Part shown: positions 51,328-62,173 of the stretch, piece after piece | Layout of the letters: each line of letters opens with the position of its first letter | Numbering within the stretch: position 1 is the first letter of the stretch | Source of the DNA: Scyliorhinus canicula | Taxonomy: Eukaryota | DNA: 64,000 nucleotides | Assembly: GCF_902713615.1 (NCBI RefSeq) | Contig: NC_052146.1 | Coordinates: forward strand, 181,924,143-181,988,142 | Reading direction: 5' to 3' | Notes under the pieces: generated by a model | Databases searched by the model: none | What the model saw: only the letters and a program-made list of their open reading frames with translations | Told to the model about the DNA's origin: nothing | Position numbers and translations under genes: made by a program

Positions 51328-52744
51328 GTAAGACACCATGATATGCAAGTGTTAGCTCCCGACGCCTCAAAAACACTTTAGCCTTCCCAATATTTAATTG
51401 GAAATAATTTTGGCTCATCCAGTACTGATATCGAACAAGTCGGATAATTTAGCAACAATGGCTGAGTCGCGAGAGCTGGTGATGAAATAAAGCTGGGTGC
51501 CGTCAGTATACAAGTAAAAATTAACGCTTATGAATGTCTCCAAGGGGCAACATTGCAGATACAAAATAGGATGGGGTCTAGGATAGTTCATTGGGGTAGA
51601 GTATCAATTCTGGTACTAAATTGTCCAATGCAAAACCATCACAGTTATACCCTGTGATGGAACAGTTTACAGAATATGGCTATATAGCACATTACCTCAT
51701 TATCCTACATGCATAAAACTACTGTTGGATTGGCAGGTCAACTCCCACATCTATGAAATGCAGTTAGGGGCAAGCTGATTACAGCTTACACAAAGACAAA
51801 TTAAGGGAAATTCATCTGAATTATATCTCCTGAAAGAGCACCTGATACCAAATACAGAACTTCAGAGAGCTTGCACAGACACAATGGGCTAAATGGCCTC
51901 CTCCTGCGGCAATAGCAGTTTGCGATCCTGCAATGTCAGTTCAGCTATTTATACTGCTCACCTTTTGTCAGTGCAACACAAAAACCACATGGATATCGCA
52001 GCAAGTAAATGACATGCAGTACGCCTACAACTGGCTGTTTACATTCAACGTCTGTCTGAATCATTAAATCGTACAATGTTACAATAATGGCCAATCCCAC
52101 TATTAAAAGGTGATAAATGACATTCTAACTGACGGTGACAAAGGTGAACTATTCCACCTCATCCTTCTTGAATTGGATGACCACACCATCTTCCCCAAAG
52201 CCTCTCCACTGTCATCCAACCAGATGGGAATGCTCTTCCATGGTTCCATTCTTACCTACTTGAACATATCCCGAGTATCACTTGTAACAGCTTCTCTTTC
52301 TGATGCTGCACAATATCGCTCGTGTACCCTACAACGATCTATCCTAGGTTCACCCCCCCTTATTTCTTATTTACAGTGTGCTCCTCAACGATAACAGTGC
52401 AGCATTGATTTTCACTTGCATGCTGATGATAGTCAGCTCTACCTCACACCATGTCTCTCGACTGCTCCAACCTTGGTAAACTATCAGACACCCAGTATCT
52501 GCCGAGCAGAAATTTCCTCCAAGTAAAAATTGGGAAGACTGAAGCCATGGTTCTCAGTCTTGCAATGTACATATTTGAAAATCTTCATGCTTGCTTTCAA
52601 ACCCCCAACTGGCATGAAAAATGAAATGAAAATTGCTTATTGTCACAAGTAGGCTTCAAATGAAGTTACTGTGAAAAGCCACTAGTCGCCACATTCCGGC
52701 GCCTGTTCGGTGAGGCTGGTACGGGAACTGTATAGTCTCCTCCA

Positions 52745-54095
52745 ACTTCACAAATAACACAAGAAATAGGGGCAGGAGATCGTCCTGTCGAACCTGCTCT
52801 GCCACTCAATACAATCATGCCTACCCACACTCCATATCTTTTGATTCCAAGATCCCAAAAATCTGTCCAACCAAGCCTCAAATGGTTTGCATTCAACAAT
52901 GGAGCACCACAGTCCTCCGGGATATATAAATTCCAACAATTCATAACGCATTGAATGAAGACATTTCCCCTCATCTCAATCCAAAGTGACCGGCCCCTCA
53001 TCCAGAGATTGTGCCGACTCCTCCCCCACCCATCCCGATGTTTTAGATTCTCTAACCAGCAGAAACAATCTTTCAGCGTCTACCCTAACAAGCCCCTTTA
53101 GAATGTTGTAGGTTTCAATGAGATTACCTCTCATTCTTCTAAACTCCATAGAATATAACTTTAATTTACGCAGCTTTTCATCATTCAACAAACAACCTTC
53201 ACATCCCAGAGACCAGTCTAGTGAACCTGTGCTGTACGGCCTCTGATGCAAGTCTCTCCTTCCTTAAATGTGGATGCCAAATATCTCTCAGTATTCCAGG
53301 TGTGGCCTCATCAAAGCTCTATACGATTGAAGAAAGACTTCTTTATTCCTGTATTCCAATCCCCATGCAATAAAGGCCAACGTGCCATGTGTCTACTTAA
53401 TTGCTTGGTCTGTCTGCATGTTAACTTTCAGTTCCTTGCACAAGTTCACCCAAGTCTCGCTGAACAACATTTCATACCTTTCAAAAAAAAATAGGCTTTC
53501 CCAATTTATGCCCAAAGTGAATATCTTCACATTCTACTCCATCTGCCTTCTTGCTCCCAATTTCTTAACCTGTCTACATCGCTTTGCAGCCTTTCTGATG
53601 TCCTCCTCCTAGCTTACTTTTCTAACTAGGTTTGTATCTTCAGTGAACTTAGATAGTTACTGTCTCTTCACTGATCCTTGGACCACTCGACAAGTCACAG
53701 CTTGCCAACTTGAAAATACCTCATTTATGTCTACATTTTGCATCCTGTCGATTAACCAATCCTCTATCCTTCCTTAATAACAGATTCCAACACCTTTTCA
53801 ACGATTGACGCCAGATTACTTGGTCTGTAGTTCCGTTTTCCCTCTCCTTCCTTTCTAGAAAAAAGAGGTGCACATTTGCCAACTTCCAGTATAATTTTCA
53901 AATCTAAGGATTGTTGAAAATTGTAGCCAGTGCATCGACTATCTCTGTAGCTCGCTCTTTTAGAACCCCCATTGTAGGTCATCAGATCCCATGGATTTCT
54001 TGGTCTTTTAGTTCCTTAATATTTTTCCCAATGCTGATATTAATCATCTTAATTTCCTCATTTTTTTTAGCACCTAGGTTACCCACAAATTCTGG
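52745..54095 (-). mobile_element. Old CR1 fragment nested in L2-like sequence (about 52080-54560)
   Basis: EFRRMRGNLIETYNILKG and NYRPSNLASIV remnants. Confidence 0.7.
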
Positions 54096-54217
54096 CCTCT
54101 TGTGCATTCCTAATTATAATTGCTCCACTACTTAAGTTGCCTTGGCCCTACGCTCTGGAATTCCCTCCCTACACCTCTCCAACTTGCTTTCCTCTTTTAA
54201 GATGTCCCTTAAAACAT

Positions 54218-54425
54218 AATGTGGAGATGCGGTGTTGGATTGGAGTGGGCACAGTAAGAAGTCTTACAACACCAGGTTAAAGTCCAACAGATTTGTTTTG
54301 AATCACTAGCTTTCAGAGCGCAGCTCCTTCCTCAGGTGAATGCTGAGGAAGGTGCTGCCCCCCAAAAGCTACTGATTCGAAACAAACCTGTTGGGGCTTT
54401 AACCTGGTGTTGTAAAACTTCTTAC
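54218..54425. mobile_element. Miniature inverted Penelope pLTR insertion with two hammerhead motifs
   Basis: Inverted arms at about 54251-54335 and 54343-54428, homologous to the pLTR at 12471-12594; TSD TGTCCCTTAAAACAT at 54203-54217 and 54426-54440. Confidence 0.85.
54303..54339 (-). ncRNA. Minimal hammerhead motif with intact core, in sense with POLR3F pre-mRNA
   Basis: TCAC-CTGAGGA-A-GGAGC-TGC-GCTCT-GAAA-GCTA-GTGA. Confidence 0.78.
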
Positions 54426-54743
54426 TGTCCCTTAAAACATGATTTAATGAGCTTTTGGTCATTTCCTTACTCGGTGTCATACTTTTTTAAAAACAATAAT
54501 GCTCTTGCATGTGAATCATCTGGAGACATTTCATTACTTTAAAAAGGCACTACATTAAAAAAAAGTTAACTGCAGATGCTAGAATTCTGAAATTAAAACA
54601 AAAAATGCTGGAAACACTCAGTCGGTCTAGCTGCATTTGTGGAGCGAAGCAAGCACAGGTTGACGTTTCAGGTCAAGGACCTTTTCTTCATTGTAAACGG
54701 TTGGCAAAAGAGGGAGGGGCTGCAAAACATACACAAACTTTAC

Positions 54744-54799
54744 CTGCTTTCCAGCCCCATAGGATCTACAGCTTCTTGCTTCACTTTCACGTCCGCCAT
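54744..54799 (-). CDS. POLR3F: POLR3F (RNA polymerase III subunit RPC6/C34) first coding exon (MADVKVKQEAVDPMGLES-R)
   Basis: ACGATGG Kozak context; AG|GTAAAG donor; the nine exons sum to 945 nt = 314 aa plus stop, in frame. Confidence 0.95.
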
Positions 54800-55394
54800 C
54801 GTCTCAAGTGTTGAGCATGACAATCTATTGGGAATGAACGCGGCTCCAGGGGCTTGTTTGCAGAACCTGACTGCTATATGGTTGCCATTCCCGTCCCGCG
54901 TTCGAAATTTTATCAAATGTCAGCTTGGACACGTTCCAAATCCAGCGTTCCACGTTCTAAACTGTGTCAAACATCGACCTGGACGTTCCAAATGGCCAGC
55001 TCCCGTGTGCTAAATGCCTGGGCTAAGAAGCCACTGCTTCACTCCGTTCATATTCTGCCTCCTGAGCGGGGGCTTTTCACTCTGCCGGCTCAGCTTCTTC
55101 TGAACGGCGGAAGAGACCAGATATTCGCCAGGCGGCATAACTCCCTTCGTGTCCTCAATTGCCAGCAGTGACGGGAGATTGCCTTCTCTCGCGGTGCATT
55201 TCAAGGCAATCCTGAAAATAATGCAAAACCACAGAGACAGTTTATTGCGGCCATCCTCCCCCACTCGGGCTTGATTTCCCTTCCACTCCGGCAATCGTGG
55301 TGAGCAGCTGCTTGGTTTGAACGGGGCCTGACCAGTGTTCGGCGCATGTGCTCTCATCATCAATCGGTGCTCAAAATTCTTCGTATTAAGGTCT

Positions 55395-55426
55395 CTGAAG
55401 AAGAGTCACACGGACTCGAAACGTTA
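55395..55426 (+). ncRNA. Hammerhead-core motif of a second Penelope-derived family
   Basis: CTGAAGA-A-GAGTC-ACACG-GACTC-GAAA-CGTTA; stem I poorly paired. Confidence 0.6.
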
Positions 55427-55696
55427 ATTCTATTTGTCTCTCCGCACACACTGCCAGACCGGCTGTGTGTTTCAGATGACTGGTAATCCCTTGATTATAG
55501 GTTTACCAGCCCTCCAGAATAATAACTAATATCCAGGTTGAACAACCTGGGAGAACAAAATTAGGTACATTATACAACCAAGTTTTTATTTATTTATTTT
55601 TTGCATGGCAAGTTGCTGTAAGTGCGATCTCCTATCGCGCAATAAGGGAAAGAACTGTGGATCTCCTTAACTAGTCAGTTTGAAGTAGAGATGCCG

Positions 55697-57642
55697 CCTT
55701 CCTCAGGTGAATGAAGGGGTAGGTTCCAGAAACATATATAGACAAAGTCAAAGACGCAAGACAACACTTTGAATGCGAGCATTTGCAGGTAATTAAGTCT
55801 TTATAGATCCAGAGAGGGGTAATCCCAGGTTAAAGAGGTGTGAATTGTCTCCAACCAGGACAGTTTGAGGATTTTGCCAGCCCAGGCCAGATGTTGGGGG
55901 GTAAATGTAATGCAACATGAATCCAAGGTCCCAGTTGAGGCCGTACTCATTTGTGCGGAACTTGGCTATAAGTTTCTGTTCGGCGTTGTCGCGCGTCCTG
56001 AAGGCTGCCTTGGAGAACGCTTACCCAGGGATCAGAGGCTGAATGCCATTGACTGCTGAAGTGTTCACCGATTGGAAGGGAACATTCCTGCTTGGTCATT
56101 GTTGCCCGATGTCCGTTCATCTGTTGTCGCAGCGTCTGCATGGTCTCGCCAATGTACCACGCTTCTGGACATCCTTTCCTGCAGCGTATGAGGTAGACAA
56201 CGTTGGCCGGGTCGCACGAGTATGTACCACGTACCTGGCGGGTGGTGTTCTCACGTGTAATTGTGGTACCCATGTCGATGATCTGGCACGTCTTGCAGAG
56301 ATTGCCATGGCAGGATTGTGTGGTGTCATGGTCGCTGTTCTGAAGGCTGGATAGTTGGCAGCAAACAATGGTTTGTTTGAGGTTGCGCGGTTGTTTGAAG
56401 GCAAGTAGTGGGGGTGTGAGGATGACCTTGGCAAGATGTTAGTCTTCATCGATGACGTGTTGTAGGCTGCGAAGAAGATGTCGGGGATTTCTCCGCTCCA
56501 GGGATGTACTGGACGACGAAGGGTACTCTGTCGGTTGTGTCCTGTGTTTGTCTTCTGAGGAAGTCGGTGCGTATTTTTGCTGTGGCGCGTTGAAACTGCC
56601 GATCGATGAGTCAAGCGCAATATCCCGTTCGTACGAGGGCACCTTTCAGCATCTCTAGATGTCTGTTACGCTCCTCCTCGTCTGAGCAGATCCTGTGTAT
56701 ACGGAGGGCTTGTACCATGGGGGATGGCTTTTTTAATGTGCTTTTTAGGGTGGAAGCTGGAGAAGTGGAGCATCATGAGGTTATCCGTGGGGTTGCCGTA
56801 AAACAAAGTGCTGCGGTGACCATCCTTGATAGAGATGAGTGTGTCCAAGAATGCAACCGATTTTGGAGAGTAATCCATGGTGAGTCTGATGGTGGGATGG
56901 AACTTATTGATGCCATTGTGTAGTCGTTTCAGTGATTCTTCGCCGTGGGTCCGAAGGAAAAAATGTCACTGATGTATCTGGTGTATAACGTCAGTTGAAG
57001 GTCCTTTGCATGAAGATGTTGGCATATTGAGTTGCGAATTTGGTCCCCATGGCTGTTCCCTGTGTCTGGATGAAGAATTTGTTGTTGAAGGTGAAGACGT
57101 TGTGATCCAGAATGAAGCGGATGAGTTGCAGAGTTGCGTCTGGAGATTGGCAGTTGTCGGTGCTGAGTACTGAGGCTGTTGCAGCAATGCCGTAGTCATG
57201 GGGGATGCTGGTGTAGAGTGCCGAGATGTCCATTGTGACGAGGAATGTTCCTGGTTCAACTGGTCCATGGGTGCTGAGTTTCTATAAGAAGTCCGTCTTA
57301 TTGCGACAGAAGCTGGGCGTTCCTTGTAAGATGGGTTTCAAGATGTCCTCGATGTAGCCAGAGATGTTCTCACACAGGGTCCCATTCCCTGATACAATAG
57401 GATGGCCTGGTGTGTTGGCCTTGTGTATTTTCGGGAGGCAGTAGAGATCTCCAATGCGAGGAGTATGTGGGATGAGAGCACATAGGGTGCTCTGAAGGTC
57501 TGGATCCAAGGTCTTGATCAGTCTGTTGAGTTGGCGAGTGTGTTCCTTGGTTGGATCTGCGGGTAACTGTCTGTAATCTTCCTGGTTGTTGAGTTGTCGA
57601 TACACTTCTTTGCAGTAGTCTGTTCTGTTCAGTATGACGGAG
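55697..57642 (-). mobile_element. Penelope-like element (Neptune-type), 5'-truncated and decayed
   Basis: LYCLPKIHK, MDISALYTSIPH, GTAMGTKFA, FLDTLI; GIY-YIG VVYLIRCRKGCPEAWYIGET; pLTR cut within the hammerhead motif at 55697. Confidence 0.92.
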
Positions 57643-58271
57643 TCTGATTGAAGGAAATGAACAGCACAACCGGGAAGGAAGTGGAGAGGGTACGCTTAAT
57701 CACAAATCAGGTATAGAAAGAGAAATAGAAAGGGAAAGAAATATAGGATTGAGAGGGAAAAAAACAAAATTAAAAAAAATTATTTTTTCTAAATCCCCAC
57801 ACAACAAACCTGAAGGAAGGGACTCCACACTAATAAAAGCAAACACTGTGGATTGCTGGAATAAAAACAAAAAGTGCTGGAAAAAAATCACCAGATCTGG
57901 CAGCATCTGTGGAGAGAGAAACGGAGTTAACATTTCGAGTCCAGTATGACCTTTTATGATGCATTAATGATCCCTTTAGTAGCCACAAAGTCTGGCTGTT
58001 TTTCAAACCAAAATGTTAAAAAATATTACTGTAGCAGTCACTACTGACCAAGGCTTTTTGACCCTTACTACACCAGTACACATACAATATATCAGAAATT
58101 CTGACATCCATCACAGTGGTGCCATTTTCATGAAATTATCAGTGGAGTACAACTCGAACAGCAACCTTTGGATTTTTGAATTTACTGTGCATCTTCCCCC
58201 TCACCTGAAATTATTATTCTGTTTGTGCAGAGCTCTACAATGTTGTTTCATTATATATTCAATTCCCTTTT

Positions 58272-58481
58272 TAAAATTTTTTAGAGTATCCAATTCATTT
58301 TTTCCAATTAAGGGTGTGTCTATCCACCTACCCTGCACATCTTTGGGTTGTGGGGGTGAAACCCACGCAAACACGGGAGAATGTGCAAAATCCACACAGA
58401 CAGTGACCCAGAGCCGGGATTGAACCTGGAACCTCAGCGCTGTGAGGCAGCAGTGCTACCCACTGCGCCACCGTGCTGTCC
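58272..58481 (-). mobile_element. Poly(A) V-SINE with 13-bp TSD
   Basis: TCAATTCCCTTTT at 58259-58271 and 58482-58494. Confidence 0.87.
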
Positions 58482-58714
58482 TCAATTCCCTTTTCAATGT
58501 TTAAATGTATTAAGTCTGATTCTAGCACCCTTTCAGGCCATGTAATCAGATCATAACTCTGTTTTAAAAAAAGGAAGAGGAGCAAAGATTTATGGGAATA
58601 AAAAATAAATCCCTAAAAATAGTGACAACTTACCTTTATATCGTGCTTTTAATGCAGTGAAACATCAGAAGGCACTTCACAGGAAGATTATCAGATACAT
58701 CCATTGCCCCTTCA

Positions 58715-59020
58715 GGATCCATGGGATCCTAACAGTACAGAAGGAGGCTAATCGGCCCATCGGGTCTGCACAGACCCTCCAAAAGAGCGTTCTATCTAGG
58801 CCTATTCACCCTCCCTATCCCCGAAACCCCACGCATTGATCATGTCCAATCCACCTAACCTGCACATCTTTGGACTGTGGGAGGAAACTGTAGCACCCGG
58901 AGGAAACTCACGTGTACATGGGGAGAACGTGCAAACTACACAGTCACCCGAGGCTGGAATTGAACCCGGAACCTTGGTGCTGTGAGGCAGCAGTGCTAAC
59001 CACTGTGCCGCAATGCTGCA
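58715..59020 (-). mobile_element. V-SINE with CR1-type tail
   Basis: V domain; tail gggccgattagcctccttctgtactgttaggatcc. Confidence 0.8.
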
Positions 59021-59069
59021 CGAACAAAATGACACCATCCCACAAGAAGGTATTAGGTGAGGTGGTCAA

Positions 59070-59950
59070 ACACTCGGTTGAAGTGAGGCAGAGGGGGATA
59101 GGGTTGTTCAGGGGAGGGGGTGGTATGGGAGGGGGTGGTAACGAAGGACATCTGAGAGTGGGCCTGGAGGGTCGCGTGGCATGGGTCAGGCTGGTTTAAG
59201 AAGGGGTATGGTTGATCGGCAGGGGAGGGGGAAGAGGGTGGGGTGCTCTTTGACCAGGCAGGGCACATGGAATGTGAAGGGGCTGAGTGACCAGTTAAAT
59301 GGTCGCGGGTCTTCATGCACCTGAAGAGCTTGAAGGGACGTGGCCTTTTTACAACAAACACACTTGAAGATCGGGGATCAGACAAGGCTAAGGAAAGGGT
59401 GGATAGGGCACCTCTTCCATTTGGGATTAGACATGAAGACGCAGGGATGGCATTGTGGTTCATAAACGGGTGGCATTTGAGGTGGGGAATATAATAGCAG
59501 ATTCGGGGGTGGGGGGGGAAGGTTCATAATGATGAGTGGGAAGCTGGAGGGGATACCAACGGTCCTGGTAAATGTTTAAGCCCCAAACTGGGACAATGTG
59601 TAGTTTATGAGGTGGGTGCTGAGGAAAGATTCCGGACCTGGACTCGAACCACTTAATTACAGGGTGGGATTTTAACACGGTCATTGATCCAGGGTCGGGG
59701 AGGGTGTCGGCAGTGGTGAAGGAGCTGAAGGGGTTCATGAGGCGCATGGAGGCGGGGGTGGGGTGGACCCATGGAGGTTTGGGAGGCCGCAGGCGAAGGA
59801 GTTTTCGTACTTCTTCCTTGTGCACAGGGTGTACTCGTGGATCGATTGTTTTGTGGTGGATAAGATTCTGCTGGTGGGGTGGACGACTCGGGGTACCCGA
59901 TAATCGTGATTGCAGACCATGCGCCACATTGGGTGGACTTGCAAGTGGAT

Positions 59951-59985
<35 letters not shown>

Positions 59986-60110
59986 CGCCCGCAGTGGAGA
60001 CTGGACGTAAGATTGTTAGAGCATGAGGAGGTGTGTGAGCGGGTGAGGGCCGCCATCCGGGGTACGGGGTATGTGGAACTAAATGATACAGGTGAGGTCT
60101 CACCGCCACG
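59070..60110 (+). mobile_element. Degraded L1 ORF2 endonuclease fragment
   Basis: Homologous to 1700-2430 (gaccatgcgccacattgggtggac; WRLDVRLL); boundaries approximate. Confidence 0.75.
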
Positions 60111-60510
60111 CTGTGGACTCCCCCAGTTCCTGCACCTAACTGCTTGATTTTTACATTCCTGCAGTTGTTCAAACAACACATTCCTCCTCACATTGCGCCA
60201 TTCTGAAGACCAGTTCTGGCCAATATAGATGACCTGTCAGCAAATACAAAGGACATTGAAACCTTTTGAAATCCATAATGGTTAAAATATTACCAATCTG
60301 AAGAATCCAGACCAAGGAATATAAATCCTTCGTCCAATCCAAAGTGGGGGTCATCTGACATCCCCTCCCCCCTCCCATCCGCCACAAGCTGGAGAAATAG
60401 TTAATACTGCCTTGGATCTCAACTTTCTGATTCAGAGGCAATATTGCAACTATCCAGACCACTCCTCTATGCAGCAGACAATATGCTACATTGTCAGAAA
60501 TGCTATAGTT

Positions 60511-60734
60511 GGGGCAGCACAGTGGCACAGTGGTTAGCATTGCTGCCTCACGGCGCCAAGGTCCCAGGTTCGATCCCGGCTCTGTGTCACTGTCCGTGTG
60601 GAGTTTGCATTCTCCCCGTGTTTGCGTGGGTTTCGCCCCCACAACCCAAAGATGTGCAGGGTAGGTGGATTGGCCACACTAAATTGCCCCGTAATTGGAA
60701 AAAATGAATTGGGTACACTAAATTTAAAAAAAAA
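60511..60734 (+). mobile_element. Poly(A) V-SINE with 15-bp TSD, inside a Deu-SINE
   Basis: AGAAATGCTA(T/C)AGTT at 60496-60510 and 60735-60749. Confidence 0.9.
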
Positions 60735-61495
60735 AGAAATGCTACAGTTTGGATAAAACGTTTAACCCAAGCATTATCTACTGTTCAGGCAAGTGTAATA
60801 GTTTGTGGCACTTTTTGAAGACTCATTGGGAGTTTCCCCAATGTGGTTAACATTGATCCCTTCAACCAACACCAAAATAAAATACTGGCCATTCACCTCC
60901 GTTGTTTGTGGGACTTTGTTGTGCACTAATAATTAGCTGCCATGTTTGCCTAGTGAACAGCAGTGAAAGCTGTTCGAAGAGTAATTAATTGGCTGTGAAG
61001 TTGAGAGTTTTTGGGTCATGCACAGAGTTAGGTGGATACAAATCTGTCTGCATGACTGAAAATAAAAAGCAACACGAACCAACTGGATTTTGATGGGCCA
61101 GGTGAGGAAGGGAGGGGGTGCGGCTTTCCCTGAACTTCTTTACCTGCAATCACGCAGTAGGCAGATGTGGGGAACTGCCATAGCCTGTTCGAAGTGCTGG
61201 AGAGCAGTTGGCATCCTCAGCCAGAGTCAGCACCTTCAGCAGAGGAGTTTTCAAGGATGGAAGATAAGGAGACCACTTGATCAGACCTCTGCAGCCACAT
61301 TAAATGTTGCACTGTGCAAGGGGAACTTTGAGAATGGGGCAACTGTGCTTCATCAGATTGGTGTGAAACTCTGGCCAACTCTAAATCTCAGGCATTCTGC
61401 ATTTTCTGGACCATCTCTGCTGTGATATCGTGTGGCCTAAATTTTACAAAGATATAGAATCCCTAGTTATAGGTTTTTTGGGGGGGAGGGGGGGG

Positions 61496-61638
61496 CATCC
61501 AACATCTCTGCTGGGAAGGGTTCCTCCATCCAACACCTCTCCTGGGAAGGGTTCCTCCATCCAACACCTCTCCTGGGAAGGGTTCCTCCATCCAACACCT
61601 CTCCTGGGAAGGGTTCCTCCATCCAACCACCTCTCCCT
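61496..61638. repeat. 31-bp minisatellite (CATCCAACACCTCTCCTGGGAAGGGTTCCTC), about 4.5 copies
   Basis: Directly visible tandem units. Confidence 0.95.
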
Positions 61639-61699
61639 GACACGCCCACCCTTCTAACTGCTGGAGACTCTCAGTCTCACTCTCCTCATCCAACCTAAA

Positions 61700-61930
61700 C
61701 CCCGCCCCAACCCAACTCTGAGTGCGCACGCGCTGTTTCTAGGCGCGCCGTTGCTAATGTAGCCGTAAACGTCGATCTGATTGGTCTGGACAGTTGCCGG
61801 GGAACAGCTGGCGGCCAATCGGAGGAGCCGCCGCCGCGTGGTGCGGTTGTTGTTGGTAGCGAAGCTGCGGTGTTTGTGCAAAGCGCCAGGAGAAGGAGAT
61901 ACACAGACACAGCTGGAGGCTGGCTGATCA
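61700..61930. promoter_or_regulatory. CpG-island promoter of DZANK1, probably bidirectional with POLR3F
   Basis: CpG-dense; opposed CCAAT boxes (ATTGG 61780-61784, CCAAT 61815-61819); X-box-like GTTGCCGGGGAAC at 61793-61805; NRF1-like GCGCACGCGC near 61723. Confidence 0.72.
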
Positions 61931-62097
61931 GATTCTTATTATACTCTCAAAGATATAATCAGTGAATAAGCATTCAGTCTTAACACGGGGAACACTGACG
62001 TAGTGAGTATGACTGATATTGGACCAGAGAGACGGGGGTGAACTCTCACCCCAACATGGGGACCAGGCCAGAGGCAGGTTGGCCGGTCTGTCATATT

Positions 62098-62173
62098 TGT
62101 ACAACACCAGGTTAAAGTCCAACAGGTTTGTTTCAAACACTAGCTTTCAGAGCACTGCTCCTTCCTCAAGTGA
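62098..62173 (-). mobile_element. Penelope pLTR fragment with mutated hammerhead core (TTGAGGA)
   Basis: Homologous to 12471-12545. Confidence 0.75.

Noticed and set aside
57951-58204. Possible coding exon upstream of POLR3F (TTTCAG acceptor at 58205)
   Set aside because: Stops in all three minus-strand frames; at most a non-coding exon.
61150-61152. In-frame TGA as selenocysteine in the candidate upstream ORF
   Set aside because: No in-frame ATG after the upstream TAA at 61300-61302, no redox motif, and no SECIS recognised.
61496-61638. 31-bp repeats as a CRISPR array
   Set aside because: Units are directly tandem with no spacers, and the context is eukaryotic.
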